64,000 bases of DNA, taken from NCBI GenBank assembly GCA_964035545.1, contig OZ037767.1, forward strand, positions 19,732,628 through 19,796,627. The letters are read 5' to 3'. The stretch is from Bugula neritina (lineage: Eukaryota; Animalia; Bryozoa). Below are positions 13,450 through 25,708 of the stretch, piece by piece. A model generated the notes under the pieces. It ran no database searches and was not told where the DNA came from. It saw only the letters and a list, made by a program, of their open reading frames with translations. Every line of letters starts with the position of its first letter. Position 1 is the first letter of the stretch. Position numbers and translations under genes: made by a program.

Positions 13450-16332
13450 CTACTTCGAGTACACATGCACACATGACATTGTTGATGTACAACACATATT
13501 GAATTCATTATGTTTGATGCTAGACCTATGTAAAAAGGGTAGCCATCTTTTGGAACTTACCGCTTCCTTATCGATTTCAGCCGTAAGTCGGACATTTAAA
13601 TGCGAACCTCCATCCAATGGAAAAAGGGTGCCTGTGGAAAAACTTGACTCACTGCTAGCTAGAAAGGCTATAGCCTTAGCTACATTCTCTGGCTGCCCTA
13701 CTTTGCGTAGTGGGTACATAGCTGCCATATCTGAGATAAACTAAAAATGCATTTAATATATAGAAGAGCGTGCAAGTGCAAATAATCAGTACTATCCTCT
13801 CACGTCAGTAGATCAATGTCCCCAGCTTTGGCTGTATGAGCCACTTTTATTTGAGAATGTTGGAAAGCTATTAGTAGGGTCCCTACCTTGTCAGCTTTCT
13901 CCTCCGGCATGTTCTTGTAAATCAAATCAGTTACAATGAAGCCTGGGCTTAAATAAACAAAACACAATTACTCAATTGCTCTAATATATTCACATTTAAT
14001 GAGTGATTTGATATTTAGCTAGTTGGCAAAAATGATCTACAATTTTTCAAGCATAGATTTGCTCAATATATTGTGCAAAATGATGAAAGCTTAAATTAAT
14101 ACTTACTTAACACTGTTAACCCTGACCTGCTTAGGAGCAAGATCCAAGGCTAAACTTCTTGTTAACTGGTCTAAGGCTGCTTTTGATAAAGAGTATGACA
14201 AGGCAAATGGACCCTGAAAAACAGTTTTATATTCCAATGTACTCCGCTTATATAACTTCTAAACAGTCATTAGTTAGACATGAACAATCGCATTTTATCT
14301 GAGGGAATAGCTTACGGGAAGAAGGCCCAACATGCTGGACACATTGACAATGGATCCTTTACTCTCAATCAGGTGTGGAACAGCTAGTTTTGTCAGCTGG
14401 AAAACAGCTCTAATGTTAGTAGCCATTATGGAGTCAAATGTCTCCAAAGATTCATCCATAATGCCACCAAAATTCCCAATTCCTGCATTGTTCACCTAAA
14501 CAGGTTTACAGCATAGTATACCTTTAAATAATAATTTCAAGTCAAAATAACACAGAAAATCAACCATAACTAAAATATGAAATAGTGGTGAATGTTTAAC
14601 TAGCTTCCTCCAATGCCTGCACTACTCCTGTTGCTCTCGAACCAACTGTACTAACAACTATATAAGTAAACTTTGTTAAAGCATCTGATAAAATCAAACA
14701 TCTTTTATGCAAGTGTCTACTAGTTTTGCAACTCAATTTTCAAATAAAACTTGAGTTTTTTACAGGTTGTATTTATAAACCGACACATGAGACTTTATGT
14801 GGCCCTATTACAAACATAGTGCATGTTGATTTAGATTAATGGCACTATAACCTTCAAACTATCTGGTAAGGTACATGTAGTATAGAAGTAGATTTCCAAT
14901 GACACTACCTAAAAGCACCTGTAGTTTTAAACTAGATGCCATCAACAAATAATACAGTGTTGCTCTTGATAGCAATTGTTGTTGAAAACATATAGAGCCA
15001 ATCTACTATGGAAACAGAATTTATCACTCACCTATGGTCAGGTGTCTATATAACATAGAGCTACTTTCCCAAATTGCTGCACTATGCTTGCATTCTTTTA
15101 TAATCTTTATTGTTAGTGATGGCCATTACTCACAGATTTTTGAAGCACTAAAGCTAATTGGCTAGGTTTAGTTGATTATTTTAAGAGAATAAAAAATAAT
15201 GCTTTGTGTAGAATTAATAATACTAGGAATTTAGATGAACAATATTTTTAATAATGAACAAAAGGAGGACAAAATAACAAATTGAAACATTAGCATGTAA
15301 AATTTAGAAATTAATTTAAAGAATTATATTAATTACATTAAAAGTTGATGCGTATTTCAATATCTTACCAGCACATCCAGCTGTTTGTAGTGTTCTATTG
15401 TCTTCTCAATAATTCTCACCACATCAGATTCAATAGTAAGATCTCCAACTATAGTGATGACATCACCAGCTCCTTTACACTGACTCACAGTTTCCTAAAC
15501 ATTCAAATTAATGCAAACAGTCAAAAGTTTGACTTCTGTTAAAGTTATATATTATTGTGAAAGCAGCCATTCTAGTAGTCAGAGCAATAGGTTACTGTGA
15601 CTCACATAGGTCAAGTAGAGTTAGATTCTTAAAAAGGTCATTGGTGTTGTCAGGAAAAGTATTGAGCCGTTACTATTCTTGTACAACTTGAAGCCCCCCT
15701 AACCCGTCTGATTAAAACTTGACAACAGCTACACAGCATAGCTACTTATGTTTACACAGAAGCTTACTTGAAGGTTGACTTCATTTCTACCACACAGAGC
15801 CAGTCTAGATCCAAGAGATGCAAAGTGGATGGCAGTACCTCTTCCAATACCAGAACTAGCTCCTAGAAAATTATCAGCAATCATAAATTAACTGCATGTA
15901 TGCTCTATAAGAATGCTGCTGACTATATTTTTAAAATATGCTTATTGTTAACCTGATGAAGTTGTCTTGCTTGGCTGGAACTAGGTTTTTAAGATGCTTT
16001 ATATAATCATTTTTGATTAAATATGTAGCCATTGCATATTTAAACCAATATATGCAATATCAATTAGGTGTAAGGTAAGAAAACTATTAATTTAAAGACA
16101 TTTTGAATACATAAAGCAGTTTCATATATATACTTGAGGACATTATTGACAAAAAGTATAAAGAATGTGTACTGTAAAAACCTTACAATACAAAAAGAAT
16201 TGAATTATTGGATGCAACTACAAATGGTTATAAACATTTAAATAGAAATAATTTAATCAAAAAGGAAAGACATTCTGCGAACTCACCAGTAAGTAAGATT
16301 ACTTTGTCTTTGAAAGATGAAGCTGAAGCCAT
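13450..16332 (-). CDS. Classical SDR (FabG-like) copy A; exons 16332-16287, 15862-15768, 15494-15369, 14495-14316, 14213-14107, 13947-13887, 13740-13450
   Basis: GT-AG introns with consistent phases; TGASSGIG, LALCGRN, VNNAG, NVSS, YSLSK, VRVNSVNPG, TG..F.LDGG. 301 aa if the last exon reads through, but a GCG|GTAAGT donor at 13560 may lead to an additional exon. Confidence 0.92.
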
Positions 16333-17885
16333 ACTGTTGAGTGTTTAGATAACTGACTGAGGACTGCTTGTGTTGACATGCAGATAAGATATGAGACAAG
16401 CTACTGTTTATCTTGTATGATAGCTGTGGTATGGAAGCAACTGCCTGCAAATATTTATAGGTTGGAGAAAGAACTAACCCCAAATTTAAGGAAGAGTGCT
16501 AGACTCTTTGGTCATAAGGCTATGTTGACCTTAAGTGATTTTATGCAGAGATATCATAGAAGAATAATTTGCTATTAGTATGTTTTTAGACTTTGGTAAC
16601 TCTGTATATTCTTTTTTTTTACTACAATTATCATTTTCTCATGAAGTACATCTTTGATTTGCATATATGCTTACATGTATGTGTTCGAGTGTGCATGCAT
16701 TCACATGCACTTACATTATAGTTATAGCAAAATGTGTTGTTTTATATTATAGAAGCCACATGACTTGATTAGCCAGAAAATCTCGAGAAATACTTTTTAA
16801 TGTTGTTATATAAAAGATAACTATAGTTTATAAAAACATATTGAAGAACCTAAGTTATTTTTTTATTTTCTACTCCATAGATGTTTTTCCACATTGGTAT
16901 ACTGCAAACTTTTGTCTTTCTAAAAGAGAAGTGTAATTTCATTCTTTGATAAATTATTTTGTTGATTATTATTTGGAAAGCAATTAGAATTTTATAGTAG
17001 CTGTTCACAAGACAAGTATATACTTATTGTTGAAACAGCTGGGATTTTACATAAAAATTTGTTAAAAGTAGTTTTTTTCAGATTATTTATATCCTAAATA
17101 TTCTAACCAAAGATGTCCATGCAGTAACAAACTTGATACTTAGTACTGAGCTCATTGAATCAAGACACTTGAGAAGAAATAAGTAAATAATAATTATTTG
17201 GTTTAACTAAAACAACCATAACTTAATTAATAAGTAGACTTGATTGTTTCAAGAAATAAGTGTGATGTACTAATGTATCTATTGTAACAGCTTTATAAAA
17301 TCCTGCTTAAAAGTAATGCAATATGGGCACTATAATTGGTTACCAGCTAAAACCTGGTTTCATTCCAATATTTCTATGATTAGCTGCATGTTGCTTGTAC
17401 CTCTGAAAAGAGAAGATACTATAATTGATGTAATCACAACTATTACTTTCAACCTGAACTTAGATGCTTTTACCTTTCATACTTCACTTATAATAAATAA
17501 AACAATAAAGTAAATCTTCACTGAGTATATGTTATAATAGTACCTTGAATTTTATTATAGATTTCATTTTCACATTTTATCCTTACAAACAACTATAAAT
17601 TTTAACAGCTTGTCTGAAAAATAAGTAAAAGTGGAATTGTTTTAGTATATTGCTTCACCCAAGTAATAAAAATAAGTGTTAATTAAACATATATTGCACA
17701 TAGCATTATAACATGTAACATTTCATTGTACCTATACTATACTAAATTATATCCGGTCAAACGAATATTTTGAACACTAGGACAAAACGCAGCTGACATT
17801 AAATTAATTCTACATTTTCAATTAATCTCTAAAGTTTTTTTACAGTTTTCACAACCTTGCAGTCTCGTTTTTTACATCATCAGAA

Positions 17886-19351
17886 TTATTCATAATCGGT
17901 TGCAACAACCCGTGTGTCAAGGTGAACTCCAGCATCTAGTTTAAGAAGTACTCCAGTAGAAAAACTTGACTCGCTACCAGCCAAGAAAGCTATAGCCTTA
18001 GCTACCTCTTCTGGTTGTCCTACCCTACCTAGAGGGTAGCCAGATGCAGTCTTTTTCAGAAACTGAAAAATTGAACAATTGACTCATAATCACTTGAAGT
18101 CATGGATGTTTATGATTCCAGAAACTCAGTTCTAGTAACTTTGGTAAATCTGAATTCTTTTTTTAGCAGCAGCCCATCAAACATATTATAAAACTTATTT
18201 TTCATTTGTCAGTCAGAAAGTTGAATAACCACAATTGTGTGCGTAAGAAAATTTGAAAAGAACATTCCCTCAGACCACCCAAGCTGTTTTTATCCCTACA
18301 ATATATACCATATAATTAAGTTGTGAGTTGAGATTTGTCTTCCCCAAAATGGCGTTGATTTGTTTTATTTTAGTGAATTTGGTGATCAAGCAATGTAACA
18401 GAAATTTCACCTCGTTTAAAATAGTAGGCTACTTTATGTTGTTAGTGTCTGTTCATAGTTTTTAATTTTACTATTTTTAGGTGAACTTAACTTACCTTTT
18501 CAGCCATTTCTTTTGTTTCACTTCTGTAAATTAAGTTTGTAGCAATTATTGCTGGACTAAAATACAAATTATTAAATATAACAAAACTGAATCAACATTT
18601 GAATATTTATTAATAAAAATTATATGATATCAGTGAAGGTTTACAGTTTTAGAAGCACTCAGTAACAAGCAGACGCGCACGCACGCACGCACACACACAC
18701 ATATATTGAACATATAATGTAGATGTAATGTATGTTTATTCTTTTAGATTATTAGAGAAATTCTTACTTGATACTTTCCACCTTCACTTGCAGTGTTATT
18801 GGTATTTATTGGCATTAATTATGAATAGATAGTCAATTATCAACTAAACACTTACTTGACACTGTTAATTCTCACTTGTTTAGGAGCAAGGTGTAAGGCT
18901 AAACTTCTTGTTAACTGATCTAAGGCTGCTTTTGATAGAGAGTACGACAAAGTGACTGGACCCTAGAACACCACACTTTACACATAGAACGCATTTATTA
19001 CCAAAGCCCTAGTATGCTATCGTATATGATTATATAGATCATGGCAATATTGTTATAAAAATATTAGCAAAGCCCAACTAAGTTTCATTACAATAAGCTA
19101 CTATTGCTACTTTAATAGGTACAACACTATTACAAATATATACTACTAAACAGTAACAGGTATATGAGAAATATTTTGTTTTTATCACTTTTCAAACAAA
19201 TTAAATTGATATTTCGGCAGCAATGTATCCATCTTTAGAGTAACAATTCATTATGACTCTGAAGATATATCAGTTTACTTTGTTTAATAAAGTAACAAAA
19301 ACAAAATGTGTCTTGTATACCTATTCATAACATATATATGTGTGTGTGTGC

Positions 19352-19402
<51 letters not shown>

Positions 19403-21742
19403 TGTGTGTGTGTGTGTGTGTGTGTATGCATATATATACACACATATTTTTATATATATACATATATTTATATATATACATATATTTATATATATATACA
19501 TATATTTATATATATATACATATATTTATATATAAACATATAATTATTATTGTGTTAGTTAATAATACAACGCATCATTTGTTTAGACTTTAGACCATGC
19601 TGTAGAAAGTAGCTGCTACACTCATAAACTGCCAGTGGAGGAGAAACTGGGATGTATAGAAGCTTTGAAAATTTTTAGACAAATTGCATGAGTTCATACA
19701 ATGCCATCATCTAATGGTTGGTTTTTAGAAAAACAGCAAATTACCTGTTTTTTTACTACTGGTATATCATCTGTTGCAACACTAACATTAGAGGTGAAGA
19801 TTTATTTTCAGGAAAAGTTGCAAAACTTGATGATGTCGAAGGTGCATCAAAAAATAATTCAAAGGAAATAAAAGGTAAAGGAATCTAACTGAATCAAAGG
19901 AATTGTCTAGCAAGCCTAAGTTATAGTTAAAGCAACGGAGGAATCTGACAACACCTTATTTTTATTACGAGGCACTCTGAGCAAACAAAAAGTCAGTCAC
20001 AGGTCATGGTGACTGCAACTTAATGTGGTCACTAAAGCAAAACAACTTAATGTGATTGAAAGACTAAAATGCCTTAGTGTGTATATTTCCTCCTATAGTT
20101 GCAGCTAGCAAATGTTTTTTTGCATATCTTTTCATTTTTGTAATTGCGTTGAAATACATAGTTGTAATATTGAACGACAATTATCCCTGCTTACATTAAA
20201 ATGAGTAGGTAAAAGCTACACTGGATATGTAATCTTTGCACTGACATAAGCTCCGTTGAAACGCGATAGATTGTTGGTGATCAGGCATAGAAATTGATTT
20301 AGACTTACGGGAACTATCCCAAATATACTGGACACATTGACAATGGATCCTTTAGTCTCAATCAGATGTGGAACAGCCAGCTTTGTCAGATGAAAAACAG
20401 CTCTGATGTTAATAGCCATTGTTGAATGAAACTGCTCCAAAGTTTCATTTAGAATGTCACCAGTACTTCCTATACCAGCATTATTTATCTGAAACAGGAG
20501 TTTGCTTAACACAGCTTTGGCAGTAGAGAAACACAGCTCATGAAATATGTCATATAGTTTGCCATAAGCAGTGTGCCGAATGTACATAATATAAACATTC
20601 GGCATACAAATGCAGCATGCTGCATGCAGCGTGCAGCAACAGCAGCAGTAACAGCAGTAGCAGCAGTAACAGCAGTAGTAGTGGCATAAAGTTAATTTAT
20701 ATTGAAATATCTTACCAACACATCCAGCTGTTTGTAGTGTTCTATTGTCTTATCAATAATTCTCACCACATCAGGTTCAATGGTAAGATCTCCAACTATA
20801 GTAATGACATCACCAGCTCCTTTACATAGACTCACAGTCTCCTACATGACAATTCAAATGCATCTGTTTAGAATAATTATATCTTTTCTTACCATACAGT
20901 TGTTTGGGTCTATAGTTTCTGTATAGTTAGTATTGCTTATAGATTCTATTTTGTTAGCGAGAACTTTCACTTACTTCTAGGTTTGGCTCATCTCTGTCAC
21001 AGAGAGCCAGTCTAGATCCAAAAGTTGCAAAGTGGATAGCAGTGGCTCTTCCAATACCAGAACTGGCTCCTGAAAAAACAAGAAACAATTTATACCCAAT
21101 ACACTGGAGAGCAGTTAAAAGGAGGAGGTATAGGTACAGTTATGGAGAAATTGAGAAAAGCTTATGTTCTAGATTGAAAATGTAGCAACAGAAGTTATGT
21201 TCTCACAAGAATTTTAACCCGCCCTCCAAACCAAAATTTAATAATGAAATTAAAGAACTTAGGTTATCTCAATTTCTCCGCTACTGCTCCTAAGTGAAAA
21301 GAAGCCAGTCGGTGGAGTTCTGGTTAACTGCAGGTGGAATGTGGTGTAGTGACTCCCCTGTATAGCCACATAGTCTAATGATCAGCATGCTAGCTTATGC
21401 AACTTAATGGTCTGAGGTTCCATTCATCATGTGGTGGTTTAATGCAAGTATTTTCAAGTTTCAAATTAACATCTATCTAACAAAGACATTTTTACAGGAG
21501 TCAGAAATGAGTGACCAGTTAGTAACAAATGTCATGTAGAAAACTTGCAGCTTTTGAGATAATTTAAGCTTAAAACATTATAACTGTAAACACCATAACA
21601 ATTGTTTGTTGTGATGGAGAGTCACCTTCATTTGTTAGCATTTGCTATAAGAACAAACTATGCAGCAAAGATACTAACTTATCTGTTTTGTTGCTTTACC
21701 TGTAATGAGGACAACCTTTTCCTGTAAAGCGTGGGCTGCCAT
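17886..21742 (-). CDS. Classical SDR copy B (262 aa); exons 21742-21700, 21069-20975, 20841-20716, 20488-20309, 18962-18856, 18556-18496, 18062-17886
   Basis: Same internal exon sizes as A (95/126/180/107/61); TGASSGIG, LALCDRD, INNAG, YSLSK; open frame throughout. Confidence 0.93.
19331..19535. repeat. Compound microsatellite (TG)n(CGTG)n(TA-rich)n in SDR-B intron 4
   Basis: Direct reading; explains ORFs 19284-19593. Confidence 0.97.
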
Positions 21743-24090
21743 TTCAGTAGTCTATGTAGATGTGATGCTCTTCTACTGCTTTAGCTGTTACCAACCTTTG
21801 GATCTATGCGCTGCTATACCAGGTAAACCTGCCTCTTCCTAACCACTAGCTACAGGTAAATCAAACAACAGGCATATTAATTACGTAGTGGAATTATAGG
21901 TGTGACAATTTTAAGCCATAAACATTGATCATGTGACTATCACTCCTTCAAATCATGAGCAAATTGTACTGGAAACTTGCCAATAGAAAACTAATGTCAG
22001 CAGTGGAAATATGACATTCAACCTTATTTTATATATATAGCAAAAGTGTTTACAATTATACATTAACATATTTGCTTTGACAGCTGATGGCCAAATACTT
22101 TAATGATTTATGTTGTACTTATAGAAGCCAAATAAGTAAATGCACCTGTATGGAAAGGGATAGTATCTGAATGTATATATGTTTTATAGTAGACTACAGG
22201 AGCTACTAGTTTTTTCATGCAATATAATTACATGCTACATGCAAATGTGTAGACATGTGATTTGGAAATGAGATTTTAAGGGGTTGCTTCATCCTGCACA
22301 TATACAGTGTTTTAAAGTATTTACTGTAAATCACTGGAACCAGCTATATTTAGAAAAGGTTGCAACTTTATATCTATTCTAAATTCTATTTTAAATTGCA
22401 CGTGGGTCATGTTAGTTAATTTTGTACACACTCTATATAATATCTTTAGTTATGGGTTATTTTTCACAATTTAGCTGCTAATATAACTTTTTGAAAAGTA
22501 TGATCTGTTGAAGTCACAAATTTGTGCTAGAACTGGTGCATATAAAAAGTAAATTAATATATTGCAAGAATACTACTTTAGATTCTCTAAACAACAAGCT
22601 AGTGGATGTAGCCATTATGATATTGATTGTCGCAGATTACTGTTTGATTAGTTTAGTTAAACACCACTTTGCCAACTAAAAACTGTAACTAATTTAAAGT
22701 TTCTAGACTATAAAGCATTTCGTTACACAGCTGTGTCTTATATTAGCTGGTGTTAATATTCCATTAGTCTGGTCTGCCACAATTAAATGAGAAAATTTAA
22801 ACTTTAGGTACACTTGTACTCTCTATGGAATAATAAATCAGAATTTTATTATTAGATCATTCTGCCAGCATATATATGCATGAATATCTTATAGGTTCCC
22901 ATAAAATACTATTGCAATTATAAATACTTTTGTCAAAATAGTAGCCTATAGGCAGGGAATGAAATTAAAAATGGGTACACATGTCCGAAGGCTTTAAATA
23001 CAATTTCCAAGATATAGTAATAGACAACATGAATAGTGAATACAATACCTGTCAGAACAACTCACCTGCTGATGTCTGACATGGCTGCTATGCTATACAG
23101 CTATACTCTGGTAACTCCAGATTACTTATAATTTTAGTTATAGTGAAGTGGTGTTTAAGTAAATTGCTAGAACAAGACTGCAACAGTCAATAATAAAATG
23201 GCCGCACGTTATTCACAGCTAAAGGATGAAGTAGTTTTTATGGAATGGGTTTTATGTCTCTTATCTCAACAATTTATTAGCCTAAGACTATGAATAGAGT
23301 AGGGAGAGTTTCTATTAGATGTCACCCTACAAACTTGCGCAGCAAGATCCTAAAGCTAAATAAAAATTAACATATTTTTATAAATAAAAAGATAGAAATT
23401 TCTCCCCAAATGGACAGTAATGATTTGTTTACTTTGGCTGCGGTAAAGCTGTTGTATCATAGCATTGTTGCTATACAAACTTTCAGAGAAAAAGCTATGT
23501 TAAATACATAGCCAAAGGAGGGGGGGGGTGAAATAGTTAGTATGAAGCCTTAGAGGTTCTGCAAGTTCGAAGACAGAAGAGAAGACAACTTCACTGCAGC
23601 AAGACTATATAGAGTAGTAAATATGATTAAAGTTGAGATGGCCAAATAGATATGAGCAGGTTTAAATAAAAGATAGCAAATGAAACATCAAACTTATTTA
23701 TTCTATAAATATATGTAGCAAAGTTCGAAGTTCCAATACACTTCAGGGAAAAGGGAATTACTTAAAAATATCGGTTACCTGTGAAAGTACAAACCCATCT
23801 CTAATGGTCAGCAAACAGAAAATAGTTGTATGATAAAATTTTAAAAAGTTATAATTCAAGAAGCTATAGCTAGTGCCAACCAAGGCATCAAAACTGTAAA
23901 CATGATATTTAGGTGCAACAGTTTCAACTTTCAGTTTGATTTCTGCATGTGATTTTTTTAAAGCAAATAAAATGCAATATGACATCAATAAATAAATGGT
24001 ACAAAATTGATTTATTCACCACTACTGGGGCACAACTACATATATGTATACATTGTAAAGTAATATAAATCTTATTGGCTGCTGTATATA

Positions 24091-24205
24091 TTATATTGGA
24101 ACCGTTTTAGTATTCATATTGTTTCCTCCATTTAACGTGAAGACAACTCCAGTACTAAATCGTGACTCCTTAATGACTAGGAATGCTATAACCTTAGCTA
24201 CATCT
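24091..24205 (-). pseudogene. Orphan SDR last-exon remnant
   Basis: Translates DVAKVIAFLVIKESRFSTGVVFTLNGGNNMNTKTVPI*, homologous to SDR exon 7; 5' part of the exon and upstream exons not seen. Confidence 0.8.
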
Positions 24206-24397
24206 AACTATAACAAAACTTTAGTGGCCCAAACACAAATTATTAGTGACCAAATTACTAAGGAGCATTTAATTTGTCACACAATTAGTAATTGCAGGTT
24301 TCATTTCTTCTGCAGTAGTTACAGTATAGCAGGAATCTCAAAATATCACATGAGAGTAAATACCAGCTGCCTTGTGATTTATTGAGTTTAGTAGCTA

Positions 24398-24883
24398 TAG
24401 TATATAGTGTAGTATAGTATAGTGTAGTATAGTATAGTACTAGTGTAGTATAGTATAGTATAGTGTAGTATAGTACTAGTGTAGTATAGTATAGTGTAGT
24501 ATAGTATAGTACTAGTGTAGTATAGTATAGTATAGTGTAGTATAGTACTAGTGTAGTATAGTATAGTGTAGTATAGTATAGTACTAGTGTAGTATAGTAT
24601 AGTATAGTGTAGTATAGTACTAGTGTAGTACTAGTATAGTGTAGTATAGTATAGTATAGTATAGTACTAGTGTAGTATAGTGTAGTATAGTATAGTGTAG
24701 TATAGTATAGTATAGTATAGTATAGTATAGTATAGTATAGTATAGTATAGTATAGTGTAGTACTAGTATAGTGTAGTATAGTATAGTATAGTATAGTATA
24801 GTATAGTACTAGTGTAGTATAGTGTAGTATAGTATAGTACTAGTGTAGTATAGTATAGTGTAGTATAGTATAGTATAGTGTAG
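24398..24883. repeat. Pentanucleotide satellite (TAGTA/TAGTG with interspersed TAGTAC)
   Basis: Direct reading. Confidence 0.97.
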
Positions 24884-25708
24884 CATATCAAATTAATAAT
24901 ACTAATTTAAAAACATTTTAGTTTGTTATTCAATCACAAAGTTTGGTGATAGTTGTTTGTTTAAGTTAGTAAACTCCAAGTATCAAATTACTCCTATTGG
25001 AACCTATGGAATAATGCTGTGTGATTTTTTTTATTTATTTTAATTAGTATCTGTTCCACCAGCCAGAAAGCAAACATATAATCATAAATCATAATATGTA
25101 ATTTAAAATCACGCTTATAAAAAAGTTTTGTATACTATCTACATGCATCTACAATATTCTTCTTGACTAAAAAGCAGTGAATTATCTTGCAACTTTTACT
25201 TTTAAGTTTTAGCTAAATGTTGGACTTCATATCGTATAAATACAAAAGATAAATTCTTTTTTCTGCATTTCAAAACATTTGGTGCTGTATTGCAAAAGCA
25301 TGTTAGAAAAGTTAATTACATAAACTATAAAATATTAATATTAGTTTATTCAAAGTTAACTGCATGTCTAGTCTGGAGGTTAACAAGTGTTATAATATAA
25401 TATTATATAAAAAGACACAAATGTTCATAATTAGAGACCACAATTATTTTGTTGTTTGACTTAATGCATTAATTAGTCATTTTGTTCTTTCACATCAATA
25501 ACTTCTTAAATGCATATATTAGTTTCAGCTATAAGTAAGCTTGGTAAAATTATGAATATAAAAATTTTAAAATGGCAGTTACTTTAAAATTATAAAGATA
25601 GACACTTCAAGTCAATATTGACTAAGGGCTTTTACAATAAAAACTAGCCCAAGACAAATTTTTGCTAGATGTCTCAGACTTCTCTTCTCACTTTCACTTT
25701 TGGCCGCT

